Positions 8,157 through 18,118 of a stretch of DNA of 43,910 nucleotides are shown piece after piece (positions within the stretch are counted from its first letter, which is position 1; each line of letters opens with the position of its first letter). The stretch is from Clostridiales bacterium (GTDB taxonomy: Bacteria > Bacillota > Clostridia > Saccharofermentanales > Saccharofermentanaceae), in the NCBI GenBank assembly GCA_024691135.1, contig JAILNZ010000014.1, positions 1-43,910 on the forward strand. Reading direction: 5' to 3'. The notes below the pieces were generated by a model that did not search any database, had not been told where the DNA came from, and worked only from the letters and a program-made list of their open reading frames with translations. The position numbers and the translations under genes were made by a program.

Positions 8157-10394
8157 TCACGCGGTGCGCGGACAGAACTTCTCGTACGTGTCGAAGGTGT
8201 CGACACTTAAGACTTCACCGGTCTCCTTATCGACGATAACGAAGTTAAGACCTCGCTTGTTCGCGGCATATTCAGTTCCGTTTATGACTATCGACGCGAC
8301 AGGCTCATCGTCGTAGCCTGCGCTCTTAATAGAGTATTCGATATCGTTATATGAGCCCTCGAAGGTAAGGACATAGTCTTTGCCCATCTCTTCGTAGGCG
8401 ACACCTTCAGGTGTTATGACGGCAAGGAATCCGTTCCTGTAACCGCTCTTGAGATCGGATGTGATGCCCATGTCCCTGAGGATGCCGGTGGTCTTGTCGG
8501 ACAGGTTATCTGACATCTCGTCCTTGCCTGCTATGAAGATGACATAATCCGGATTGTTGATGGCGGCCAGATACTCGTCGATATAAGAGGACTTGATGAC
8601 AGGGTCATCAAACGTCACGTCTTCCATGATATATTCCTCACCGTCGATCTTAAGGATAACGGTCACCTGAACAGGCTCCGACGGATCAAATCCCGGGAGA
8701 GCTTCCTCCAGAGATGACTTTCTTGAGATCTCGAATTCATCCGTCACCTCTTTGTCTCCGTAGGTGAGATTCAGGAACATGCCTTCCAGACCATCTGTAT
8801 CGCCTATGTCTGCAGACGTCTTATAAGATATGGTGAGGACAGGATCCCTGTATACGGATGTCTGGAGCGAATAGTAGAATTGGATGTTGTTCCTGTAACG
8901 GTTTATAAGTGCATCATTTACCTCGGCCGTGTTGAAGGATTCGAGGAACTCAGATTTCTTTTTAAGTTCTTTGTTGAGTTCATCCTTGTTATATTGCTCG
9001 AGCAAAGTGTCTTCATTCGAATAGAGATTGGTACCGAGGCCTAAGCGGTCTCCCTTTATCTCCGCGCCGAGAGCGGCAAGGGTCGTGGGGAACATATCCA
9101 TGGTGGAGTAGTTCCTGTATCTGTCGGGATCTTCGGGCTCAGCCGGAGAATTTATGATCGCGGTATAGACTTTTCTCTGGTATGAAGGGGAGATATAGGC
9201 GCAGAAGTCGGAGTCCATCGTCAGATGATCGCCGACCAGAACTATCGTCGTGTCTTCATAGAAATCCTGTTTCTTGCACCAGTTGATGAATCCGTCGACC
9301 TGCTTACTGGAGCATGCCATGACATTGGCATACTGATCTTCGAACTCGTCGCCGCAAAGTTCACAGACATACCCGTCCTCAAAATGCGTATCCACCGTCA
9401 GTATCGTGAGGTTAAAAGGCTCATCTTCTTGGGACAGCCTGGCGAGCTCATCTTTTGCAAATCCGAAAAGCTTATAGTCCTCGTATCCCCACCAGACATA
9501 ATAGTCTTCGGGAATAAGACCGTCCTTGACCGCGGATTTGTAGTCGAAGAAGTCGTAGTCGCCGTGATCCTCAAAATACAGCCTTCTTCCTCCGAAATTG
9601 ACATTCGAACCGACCAGGAATTCGTTTGTATAGCCTTCGGATTCCAGGATATCTCCGAGTGTCACGAGAGACGGGAAGAACTCTTCCTGAGTGTTCATAT
9701 CATTACGGGAGATGCCCGCCTTAAGAGGGAGACCCGCCGTATGCGCGAAGATGGCACCCATCGTCCAGGTGGAACCCGACAGTGGGATGGCGCCGTTAAG
9801 GACCCCGGTGTTTCCCGAGAAATTCTCGTTTTCGAGAGAGAGCTCCGTAAGCTCAGGTATCACGTTCTCATTGAAGGCACCGCCGGAAGCCTTGTCCGCG
9901 TAGGTCGTCTCCATCGACTCCAGGTAGATGTAGATGAGATTTCTCTTCTCCTCCGGGAAAGAGATCGGGGTGATCCCGGGCTTGACGTAGTGATTTTCAA
10001 TAAAATCGGTGGAGCTGTTCTGATCCTTTATGTAGTTGATGATATCGAGCTTTATTACAAGATAGAGCGCGCCTGCGATGAAAAATACCGCTGTCAGGCA
10101 CGGGATCAGGATGAGGAACAGTTTCCTGACCTTTTTCTTTTTTCGAAAAAGGATGAACAGCGTAATGATGATCCCGGATAAGACCAGAACGGGAAGAAGA
10201 TACTTCAAAAACAAGGCGGTAAGGACGCCGGTCCCCGCTCCCGTCATCGGAGCATAGATGTGGTAAAGGACCTCGTCAAAAGTCAGCCCTCCCCAGGTGT
10301 TTATCAGCCAGAATGAGGCGGAAAGGAAGATAAGCCCCGCGACCATTAAAAGGAACAGAAGGCTGATGCCCGCTGTTTTCAAAAATCTTTTCAT
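8157..10394 (-). CDS. LTA synthase / phosphoglycerol transferase-family sulfatase with a C-terminal ILEI-like domain
   Basis: Three N-terminal TM segments; NLIYIYLESME; catalytic Thr in GSTWTMG; LTVDTH; VGDH; C-terminal YRNGFLAVI...KRGLNFVIVD...VDTFDT. Confidence 0.85.
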   Translation of the reverse strand: MKRFLKTAGISLLFLLMVAGLIFLSASFWLINTWGGLTFDEVLYHIYAPMTGAGTGVLTALFLKYLLPVLVLSGIIITLFILFRKKKKVRKLFLILIPCLTAVFFIAGALYLVIKLDIINYIKDQNSSTDFIENHYVKPGITPISFPEEKRNLIYIYLESMETTYADKASGGAFNENVIPELTELSLENENFSGNTGVLNGAIPLSGSTWTMGAIFAHTAGLPLKAGISRNDMNTQEEFFPSLVTLGDILESEGYTNEFLVGSNVNFGGRRLYFEDHGDYDFFDYKSAVKDGLIPEDYYVWWGYEDYKLFGFAKDELARLSQEDEPFNLTILTVDTHFEDGYVCELCGDEFEDQYANVMACSSKQVDGFINWCKKQDFYEDTTIVLVGDHLTMDSDFCAYISPSYQRKVYTAIINSPAEPEDPDRYRNYSTMDMFPTTLAALGAEIKGDRLGLGTNLYSNEDTLLEQYNKDELNKELKKKSEFLESFNTAEVNDALINRYRNNIQFYYSLQTSVYRDPVLTISYKTSADIGDTDGLEGMFLNLTYGDKEVTDEFEISRKSSLEEALPGFDPSEPVQVTVILKIDGEEYIMEDVTFDDPVIKSSYIDEYLAAINNPDYVIFIAGKDEMSDNLSDKTTGILRDMGITSDLKSGYRNGFLAVITPEGVAYEEMGKDYVLTFEGSYNDIEYSIKSAGYDDEPVASIVINGTEYAANKRGLNFVIVDKETGEVLSVDTFDTYEKFCPRTA

Positions 10395-10471
10395 ATCACT
10401 TTAAACTCCTCACCGTCAAATTATATGGATTGAGCGGTCCCGATTCAAGAGGGGCGGAAGGCTCCCTTAAA

Positions 10472-10499
10472 TTGAAAATCTCCGCGATATCGCTATAAT
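10472..10499 (+). promoter_or_regulatory. Sigma-A promoter of the polysaccharide priming transferase
   Basis: TTGAAA, 16-nt spacer, TATAAT. The spacer contains the palindrome GCGATATCGC. Confidence 0.55.
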
Positions 10500-10544
10500 G
10501 TTTACATGAGTGCGTGAAGCACCTTTTTACGGAGATTGAAGGAA

Positions 10545-11948
10545 ATGCAAAAAAGCGGCGGTTCTGTTCGTTCCAAACATATAGACTTTATCCTTGCGGA
10601 CCTGCTCAGTATCGAGCTGGCCTTTTTTACCGCTGCGATCCTGTGGTTTGACCATATCAGGAACGACCTTTCCTTCTACTGGAAGATCGATATCGCGATC
10701 GTCGTGATCTATATTGTCCTCATGCTCTTTGCGAGATTTCACAGCAGCATCCTTAAGAGAGGGTATCTGATAGAAGTCTGGCAGACGGGACTTACCAATA
10801 TCGGAGTCATATCGGGCGTCATCGGAGTGCTCTTCGTCCTTAAGGAGAGTGCGACTTATTCCCGAATGGTGTTCGGTCTGTTCTTCGTATTCAGCAACGT
10901 CTATATGTATATCTTAAGGTGCCTTTTGAAGGCCTATATCCAGAGCAGGTTCAAGAGCGGCAAGATCAACTCCAACGTTATCGTCGTGTCTCACAGTGAG
11001 ACCGTTGAGGATTTCCTTAATGCGCTCAAGGCAGACAACAACGGCCTTCTGACCTTTGTGGGAATAATCCTTCTTGACGGAAAAGAAAGCGGCGACACGG
11101 AGATAGGCGGAGTTCCTGTCATTAAGATGGCGAACATCCTGGAGTTCATCAAGGAAAACGCCGTTAACGAAGTCTATATCCTCGCCAAGGGCGAAGAGAA
11201 CGGGAAGCTTTCCGAGAAGTTTCTCAACATGGGTATTACAGTCCATATCGGACTTAACATGGAGATGGCGAGCCTTCCGAATATCCAGATGGAACAGAAA
11301 GGTCCTTACTCCGTCATCACATCCACGATAAACAAGGGAACGCTCCTGGAGCTTTTTATAAAGAGAGTCTTTGACATCTTCCTGTCGGTAGCAGGGCTCA
11401 TCTTCACGGGACTTCTGTTCCTTATCTTTGCACCGCTTATCAAGATCCAGTCGCCCGGCCCGGTATTCTTTTCGCAGAAGAGAGTAGGTAAGAACGGCAA
11501 GATATTCAAGATGTACAAATTCCGTTCGATGTATACCGACGCCGAGGGGCGCAAGAAGGAGCTCATGGACCAGAACCAGATGAAGGGGCTCATGTTCAAG
11601 ATGGAGAACGATCCGAGGATCTTCCCTGTGGGCAAGTTCATAAGGAAAACCAGTATCGACGAGTTCCCGCAGTTCTGGAATATCCTCAAGGGCGACATGT
11701 CGGTCGTCGGAACGAGGCCTCCCACGCTCGACGAGTATGAGCAGTATGACCCGCATCACCTGAGCCGCCTTGCCATAAAGCCGGGACTTACGGGTATGTG
11801 GCAGGTCTCAGGCAGATCGGAGATAACCGATTTTGAGGAGATCGTCAGGCTCGACAATGAGTACATAAGGAACTTCTCGCTCGCTCTCGACATCAAGATA
11901 TTCATAAAGACCTTTATCACCGTTTTAGCCCGAAAAGGATCGAAATAA
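10545..11948 (+). CDS. Priming undecaprenyl-phosphate glycosyl-1-phosphate transferase (WcaJ/CpsE type)
   Basis: Motifs KRVFDI, FKMYKFRSM, NDPR, IDEFPQFWNILKGDMSVVGTRP and KPGLTGMWQVSGR. Alternative TTG start at 10536. Confidence 0.95.
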   Translation: MQKSGGSVRSKHIDFILADLLSIELAFFTAAILWFDHIRNDLSFYWKIDIAIVVIYIVLMLFARFHSSILKRGYLIEVWQTGLTNIGVISGVIGVLFVLKESATYSRMVFGLFFVFSNVYMYILRCLLKAYIQSRFKSGKINSNVIVVSHSETVEDFLNALKADNNGLLTFVGIILLDGKESGDTEIGGVPVIKMANILEFIKENAVNEVYILAKGEENGKLSEKFLNMGITVHIGLNMEMASLPNIQMEQKGPYSVITSTINKGTLLELFIKRVFDIFLSVAGLIFTGLLFLIFAPLIKIQSPGPVFFSQKRVGKNGKIFKMYKFRSMYTDAEGRKKELMDQNQMKGLMFKMENDPRIFPVGKFIRKTSIDEFPQFWNILKGDMSVVGTRPPTLDEYEQYDPHHLSRLAIKPGLTGMWQVSGRSEITDFEEIVRLDNEYIRNFSLALDIKIFIKTFITVLARKGSK

Positions 11949-12057
11949 TCCCCAAACTGTGTGAAAAATGCCGAAAAATGCCGTCCCTATATAAAAATCG
12001 GGGCCGGTATATTATAATACTAGGGTTATAACCTAATTTGCAGGGGAGAATACTGAC

Positions 12058-13395
12058 ATGTATCAGGCAAAGGGGCGCGATTGTTTTTACTTCATCTTGA
12101 GAAGATGGAAGTCCATCCTGGTCGTTGCGTTGACCGCATCGGTCCTTATGGGCGGATTTGATGTATATAAGACTTTGAGACGTTGGGATAACGACGAAGA
12201 ACAGTGCAGGAAAGATAAGATCGCATATGAGGATTCATATGAGATAGCAGCTTCCCAGGATGCTGCTTACGATGCAAGGATCGAAGAGATCCAGGATGAG
12301 GTCGATGAGCTTAATGACAATGCCCTGGTTTCCTTTGACAGGACTTCCGTAGGAACAGCTTCCATATATCTCCAGTTTATTGCCACACCTGATGAGACCG
12401 GTGCACCGAGACAGTTCCCGGCAGGCCTCATGAGCTACTATACCAATGCGATCATGGATCTTACCGACTGGGACCTTGTAGCAAGTAAGGGCGGTCTTAA
12501 GAGACAGGAAGCCCTCGATCTTTTTAATTTCACCGTCGATGATGCGGGACATATCCTGTATCTCAAGATGTACGGTGAGACGGAAGAAAACGCCGTTAAT
12601 ATGCTCGAAGAACTCCTGAACCAGATCAATGCATATACGGGCACGCTTGATGAAGAGACAAGAGCCGCATTTACGGTCAAGGAAGTCAACAGATTAAGTA
12701 AGAGCGGTCAGGATGAAGGCTTTGCCGCGATCCAGGACAACTATACGGCAAGGATCCAGAATCTCATCAACGAGATCACATCGATAAATAATCTCAAGGC
12801 GGAGATCCCTTATCCTGCTCCTGCGCCGACCATGCCTACGACAGCCGATGTCATTAAGAGCGTGATCAAGTATATCGTATTCGGCTTCGGCTTCGGCGCT
12901 TTTGCGATGATCTGCCTTTACTATCTCCTGTTCTTCTTCAACGGCAAGCTCCATTCTGCAGAGGAACTCGGCACTTATGCCGGTATCGGCCCGAACGCTT
13001 ACCCGGCTAAGAAGTACGGCCCGATCGACAGGCTGATCGCCAAGAAGGAAAACCGCGGACTTCTCCTTGATACGGATGAAGCCATTATGAGAACAGTAAG
13101 GAATATCAAGTCAATGTATCCGGAAGTAAATACGGTTGCTTTCACGGGCGCTGATTCCGAAGCTTATGTAGGCAAACTGAAACCGAGTCTCGAGAAGATC
13201 AAGGATCTGGGATTAAGATTCGGTCTCGAGAGGAATATCCTCACGGACAAGGAAGCATATGATCACCTCGCAGCTTATGATGCAGTCGTACTGGTCGAGA
13301 AGCTCGACCGTGCCAACGCGGTGGTCATCCAGAGAGAAGTCGAGCAGATCGAGATCGCGGGAAAGAAGGTAGCAGGAGCAATCCTGGTCAGATAA
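12058..13395 (+). CDS. Polysaccharide co-polymerase (Wzz/Wzc-like) with a degenerate C-terminal kinase-like domain
   Basis: N-terminal ILRRWKSIL plus TM, coiled-coil extracellular region, second TM, and C-terminal YDAVVLVE...EQIEIAGKKVAGAIL resembling the end of CpsD/CapB. Confidence 0.65.
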   Translation: MYQAKGRDCFYFILRRWKSILVVALTASVLMGGFDVYKTLRRWDNDEEQCRKDKIAYEDSYEIAASQDAAYDARIEEIQDEVDELNDNALVSFDRTSVGTASIYLQFIATPDETGAPRQFPAGLMSYYTNAIMDLTDWDLVASKGGLKRQEALDLFNFTVDDAGHILYLKMYGETEENAVNMLEELLNQINAYTGTLDEETRAAFTVKEVNRLSKSGQDEGFAAIQDNYTARIQNLINEITSINNLKAEIPYPAPAPTMPTTADVIKSVIKYIVFGFGFGAFAMICLYYLLFFFNGKLHSAEELGTYAGIGPNAYPAKKYGPIDRLIAKKENRGLLLDTDEAIMRTVRNIKSMYPEVNTVAFTGADSEAYVGKLKPSLEKIKDLGLRFGLERNILTDKEAYDHLAAYDAVVLVEKLDRANAVVIQREVEQIEIAGKKVAGAILVR

Positions 13396-13396
13396 G

Positions 13397-14179
13397 ATGC
13401 AGAATATCCGTGTAATCGTTGCTGCGCATAAGGAAGCGCCCATGCCCGAAGATCAGGTATATCTTCCGCTTTGGGTAGGTTCAGCCATTAGCGACAAAGA
13501 TCTCACATATCAAAGAGATGACGACGGAGATAATATATCCGGCAAGAACCCGCTCTACTGTGAACTGACGGGTATCTATTGGGCATGGAAGAATCTCGAT
13601 GCTTCATATATCGGACTTGTTCACTACAGAAGGTTTTTCAGAGGGAAGGACAAGCAGGCGATAACGGGTGATGAACTCGATAAGATCCTTAGCACACATA
13701 GGATCATCGTTCCGAAGAAGAGAAGATATTATATCGAGTCTTTGAAATCCCATTACATACATACTCATCAGGCAGAGGAATATGATGAGATGAGGAAAGT
13801 CGTGGCGGAAAAGTATCCGGAGTATCTGGAAGTTTTCGATAAGGCAATGGACAGGACGTGGGGCTATATGTTCAACATGATGATCCTGCCTAAGGAACTT
13901 CTCGCTGATTACTGCGGATGGCTCTTTTCCATAATCGATCAGGTCGTGGAAAATATCGGGACAGGAGACAGGAGCGCGTTTGAGAAGAGGTATCCGGGAA
14001 GACTGTCGGAGCTTCTTTTCAACTGCTGGCTTGAATATAAGTTATCGACAGGTGAGATCAGGAAGAGCGACATCATGGAAGTGCCGCTCCTCAATCTGGG
14101 TGACGAGAAGATCTTCAAGAAGGGAACGGCTTTCCTGAAGGCCAAGTTCTTCGGAAAGAAACAGGAGGGAAGCTTCTGA
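13397..14179 (+). CDS. DUF4422 glycosyltransferase (WciB/WbbM-like, probable galactofuranosyltransferase)
   Basis: Motifs VAAHK, DDDGDNISGKNPLYCELTGIYWAWKN, IGLVHYRRFF and RYPGRLSE. Confidence 0.85.
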   Translation: MQNIRVIVAAHKEAPMPEDQVYLPLWVGSAISDKDLTYQRDDDGDNISGKNPLYCELTGIYWAWKNLDASYIGLVHYRRFFRGKDKQAITGDELDKILSTHRIIVPKKRRYYIESLKSHYIHTHQAEEYDEMRKVVAEKYPEYLEVFDKAMDRTWGYMFNMMILPKELLADYCGWLFSIIDQVVENIGTGDRSAFEKRYPGRLSELLFNCWLEYKLSTGEIRKSDIMEVPLLNLGDEKIFKKGTAFLKAKFFGKKQEGSF

Positions 14180-14210
14180 CTTTTTGCCGGAGGCCAAAGG
14201 AGGAAAACAG

Positions 14211-15128
14211 TTGAGACTGTCAACGGTAGAATATTTTAAGACTTTGAACAGCGACACCACGGGGGATCTGGCGCATCTTGAAGGCGACGATCTTATAAGG
14301 TTCCAGAAGATCCTCATGGACATGACCGAAGATATAGCTGAAGTCTGCAGGAAATATAACGTGACCTACATGCTCCTCGGAGGAAGCCTTCTTGGGGCTA
14401 TCAGGCATAACGGATTCATCCCGTGGGACGACGATATGGATCTGGGGATCCTGTCCTCCGACTATGACAGGTTCATCGAGGCCTTCAGGAAGGAATACGG
14501 GGACAAGTACTGGGTCCACACGGACGACACGCCCGAGTACGGAATGACGATCGGCAGGATAAGGCTCAAGGGCAGTGTCTTAAGAGGCAGGGAAGACAAG
14601 TTCCTGGACGAATGCGGCTTCTTCATAGATCTCTTCCGTATCGAAAACGTCCCGAACAACAAACTAATCAGAAAACTCCACGGTACGCTTTGCATGGGAA
14701 TGGGACTGTTCCTGTCGTGCCGTGTCTTCTACCGCAACAGGGAGCTCATGAGGGAACTTGCCAAGGGCAATAAGGAAGCAGAGAAGATCTTTAACAGGAA
14801 GATCAGGATCGGTTCGCTTCTGAGGTTCTTCTCGGTAACGAAGTGGGCACAGCTGACGCAGAAGTGTCATGAGATGTGTAAGAACAACAATTCCAGATGC
14901 GTTGCGATCCCTTCGGGAAGAAAGCACTACTTCGGCGAGATATATGACAGGGAAGGGCTCTGTAATACGGAGCCTCACGAGTTTGACGGACATAAGTTCA
15001 TGATACCCGTGAACTATGAAGGATACTTAAAGCAGCTCTACGGGGATTATCACCGCATCCCTTCCGTTGAAGAGCGCGAGTCGCACATATTTTTGGAGAT
15101 CAGATTCCCGGAGGAGACGGTATGCTGA
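14211..15128 (+). CDS. licD: LicD-family phosphotransferase 1
   Basis: Motifs GGSLLGAIRHNGFIPWDDDMD, FIDLF and YLKQLYGDY. TTG at 14211 follows GGAGG. Confidence 0.9.
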   Translation: MRLSTVEYFKTLNSDTTGDLAHLEGDDLIRFQKILMDMTEDIAEVCRKYNVTYMLLGGSLLGAIRHNGFIPWDDDMDLGILSSDYDRFIEAFRKEYGDKYWVHTDDTPEYGMTIGRIRLKGSVLRGREDKFLDECGFFIDLFRIENVPNNKLIRKLHGTLCMGMGLFLSCRVFYRNRELMRELAKGNKEAEKIFNRKIRIGSLLRFFSVTKWAQLTQKCHEMCKNNNSRCVAIPSGRKHYFGEIYDREGLCNTEPHEFDGHKFMIPVNYEGYLKQLYGDYHRIPSVEERESHIFLEIRFPEETVC

Positions 15129-15988
15129 GACAGATGACACCCGAGGATCTCGGGAAGGAAGCAGGTCTTAACGATCTTAAGGAAAAGCTCATAGAGATGG
15201 CATGTGCCCTTACCGAATTCTGCGACAAGAACGGTCTCAGATATTACCTCTCGGGCGGAACGCTCCTGGGTGCCGTCAGGCACAAGGGATTCATCCCCTG
15301 GGATGACGATATAGATCTTAATATGCCGAGGCCTGACTGCGAGAAGCTTCAGGAACTATGCGGAGGACTGATCGGAGGCAAGTATGTCCTTCAAAGGCCC
15401 GATCCTTCGGCATGCGTCCATTCGGAATGCTGGCGCTTGTATGATTATTCTCTCATAATCGAGAACAATCTCGGAGGCACGAGCAAAAAGCCTTTCCTCC
15501 TGCCTGTATTTATCGATATCTTCCCTATCGAGGGACTTCCGGAAGATGATAAAAAACTCAAGTCACACTACAGGAAGATCAAGATCAACAGGCTCTTCAT
15601 GTACAGCGGACTATTTAATGCCTGGAAGGGAAGGACGTTGACGAGGAAGATCATACATATCCTTATCCGTCCGGTATCGAAGCTTTTCGGAGTGAAGAGA
15701 TTTTATAATAATATCCAGAAACTCGGAATGAAGTATCCATTTGACGAGTGCGAGTATATAGGTGTCGTAACGGCTCCGGTACATACGATAGAGGAGCGCG
15801 TAAAGAAGGCGGAATATATCCCTCAGGTCGATGTCGATTTTGAAGGGAAGACGTTCAAGGCGCCTAAGAACTACGATACGTATCTGACGCAGCTTTACGG
15901 ACCCGATTATATGCAGATCCCGCCCAAGGAAAAGCAGAGATCGCATCACGGGTTTAAGCTCTATTTCAATAAGGATCAGTCAGTTTAA
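15122..15988 (+). CDS. licD: LicD-family phosphotransferase 2
   Basis: Motifs GGTLLGAVRHKGFIPWDDDID, FIDIFP and YLTQLYGPDYMQIPP. Confidence 0.9.
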   Translation: MLRQMTPEDLGKEAGLNDLKEKLIEMACALTEFCDKNGLRYYLSGGTLLGAVRHKGFIPWDDDIDLNMPRPDCEKLQELCGGLIGGKYVLQRPDPSACVHSECWRLYDYSLIIENNLGGTSKKPFLLPVFIDIFPIEGLPEDDKKLKSHYRKIKINRLFMYSGLFNAWKGRTLTRKIIHILIRPVSKLFGVKRFYNNIQKLGMKYPFDECEYIGVVTAPVHTIEERVKKAEYIPQVDVDFEGKTFKAPKNYDTYLTQLYGPDYMQIPPKEKQRSHHGFKLYFNKDQSV

Positions 15989-17008
15989 CTTCGACTCGAT
16001 CTCGTCGAGGACACTGTTGAGATAATAGCCGCTTCGAAGTTTTTTGCTCTCGGCAAGGACCGCTTCGCGCATCTTCCCGTAGGATCCTTCATCGACACTT
16101 TTAAGAGCTTCGCCGAGATCGTTCAGGGAATCGATCGCGATGCCGAAGTTGTTTTCTGTTATGTAATCAGCGAGAGCCGCCTGTTTCCAGATGATGACGG
16201 GGATCCCCGAAGAGATATATAAAGATACCTTATGCGGATTATTGTACTTCAGATAGACACCTGTCATGCCGCTGCATTCTTCGACGGAATCGCCGTCCCA
16301 GACAAGACCGAACCTGCCTTCAAGATTTTTCGTAAGCTCGCTCGGGGCAAAGGAACCGAAGTATCTGGAGTTTTTGTATGATTCGCTGTTTTCGAGATTA
16401 GGACCGTAGAGGTTGATGTTATATCCGCGCTCAAGATCCAGGAGCTTGCCTATGTAAGGACTTTTTCTCGTGGAGAGGTTGCCTGCGAGGATGATATCGT
16501 TCGTATCTGTCGTTTTCGCGTAGGAATCGCCCTGAAGATAATCAAATATCTTAAGAGGAAAGAGCTTTTCGGAAGGAAGGCCGAAATCGATGAGCCACTT
16601 CTTCATCCTGTCGTTATGGCAGATGATCGCATCCGCCTTGAAAAAGATCTTTTCCTTCCACGCGTTGGCCTTGACGTTATAACCCCTTATCGAATCAACA
16701 TCGTGGATCAGGAGGATCAGCTTAAGCTTTTTTACCGATCTTACGAAATTGAACATCATCATGCTGTTACGGCGGAGTCCGAGCGGATACTGATACACGA
16801 GGGTATCGCCGCGCTTTAATATCTTAAGGGCTGAAAACCAGTTGGACAGGTTCGTCGTTATATTGTTCAGTCTGCCGCCGTTTGTCTTCGGCCTTGCGAA
16901 GAGTATCTTGTTATATCCGCGCACGCGCATGATCTCGCACATATCGTCGGGAGCCTTGATATCTGCGGTATTTTTATCTTTTCCCCTCAGGTCAACGTAA
17001 TGGATCAT
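15980..17008 (-). CDS. GT-B glycosyltransferase, Gtf3/Nss- or Galf-transferase-like
   Basis: Motifs KAPDD, LIHDVDS, FDYL, FGLVWDG and YLKYNNPHKVSLY. ATG 17008 lies 1 nt after the upstream stop. Confidence 0.8.
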   Translation of the reverse strand: MIHYVDLRGKDKNTADIKAPDDMCEIMRVRGYNKILFARPKTNGGRLNNITTNLSNWFSALKILKRGDTLVYQYPLGLRRNSMMMFNFVRSVKKLKLILLIHDVDSIRGYNVKANAWKEKIFFKADAIICHNDRMKKWLIDFGLPSEKLFPLKIFDYLQGDSYAKTTDTNDIILAGNLSTRKSPYIGKLLDLERGYNINLYGPNLENSESYKNSRYFGSFAPSELTKNLEGRFGLVWDGDSVEECSGMTGVYLKYNNPHKVSLYISSGIPVIIWKQAALADYITENNFGIAIDSLNDLGEALKSVDEGSYGKMREAVLAESKKLRSGYYLNSVLDEIESKLN

Positions 17009-17009
17009 C

Positions 17010-17999
17010 TTACACACCTTTATATTCTTTTTTGAGAAGTCTTCGAAGCCAGATCGCAGGTGAGATCATGAACGACAGAAAACGCAATCTGTTTTTAACA
17101 GTGTAGTCCGGATTTGTCAAATACTTAACGACGTGTTTAAACTTCGGGTAACGTGCCAGATCCTTACAGGCGGGAAGATATGTCTTGTCGGACCTGTAAT
17201 CGAAGTTCTGGGCCCACATCTTGTCCAGGATCTGGTTTACTGCCATATTGATCCTGTGGACGCCGATCGACTTGTCGGGAGAATCGCTCAGGATATCATA
17301 GATCTTTTTGTTGTTTCCGAGAAACTCGAGATCGCGGGATCCGAGCGATGCGGACACGGTGTTCCCGAGCCTGTTTACGAGATAGTTATAACCCGCGTAG
17401 TCCGTGATATAGATCGATCTGATGCGCTCGAGCACTCTTATGAGGAAATGCGTATCCTCGCCGAAGGACATATTCTCGTCGAACCTCAGATCCGAGACGA
17501 GGTCCCTTTTCATCACTTTGTTGCTGATCGTTGCGGATTTACGAAGGAGCGTGGGATAGATATCCTTGCCTTCGATGATCCTTCCCGTGGAACCCGTGAA
17601 CTTGTTGCCCTTGACGATCTTAAGACCTTCCTCGGTCTCGGAGACGATATTATAGTCGCAGGCGACGAGATCCGCGCCTTTTTCGAACCCTTTAAGGTAT
17701 TCGGAAAGAAGGCTCTTTTCCGTCCAGTCATCAGGATCCAAGAACATGACAAGATCGCCTTTGACCTTTGTGAGCCCTAGGTTTCTGGCACTTGAAGCGC
17801 CGCCGTTCTCCTTATGTATTACGCTGATCCTCGGATCACCTGAAGCAAGATCATCACACATCTTTCCCGAACCGTCAGAGGAGCCGTCATCGACCAGAAT
17901 CATTTCCCATTTATCGTAGTCCTGGGATATCACACTGTCAAAAAAACGCTCAAGATATCTCTCCACGTTATAGACAGGGACAATAATCGAAAAGAACAT
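17010..17999 (-). CDS. GT2 family glycosyltransferase
   Basis: Motifs SIIVPVYN, VDDGS, NGGASSARN, FLDPDD and GED. Confidence 0.9.
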   Translation of the reverse strand: MFFSIIVPVYNVERYLERFFDSVISQDYDKWEMILVDDGSSDGSGKMCDDLASGDPRISVIHKENGGASSARNLGLTKVKGDLVMFLDPDDWTEKSLLSEYLKGFEKGADLVACDYNIVSETEEGLKIVKGNKFTGSTGRIIEGKDIYPTLLRKSATISNKVMKRDLVSDLRFDENMSFGEDTHFLIRVLERIRSIYITDYAGYNYLVNRLGNTVSASLGSRDLEFLGNNKKIYDILSDSPDKSIGVHRINMAVNQILDKMWAQNFDYRSDKTYLPACKDLARYPKFKHVVKYLTNPDYTVKNRLRFLSFMISPAIWLRRLLKKEYKGV

Positions 18000-18118
18000 A
18001 CCAAATACCTTACTTTGCCTGATAATATCCATGATTATACCAAATCACACGGGCAGATTGTATCAAATGAGCGGCAATGTAGTATAATACACTGGACTAC
18101 ATATGTGAGGTGAAACGT

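Noticed and set aside
9225-10181. Long antisense ORFs (also 10914-11759, 17133-17780, 4008-4625, 32490-33077)
   Set aside because: They lie opposite well-supported genes and are codon-bias shadows with no motifs.
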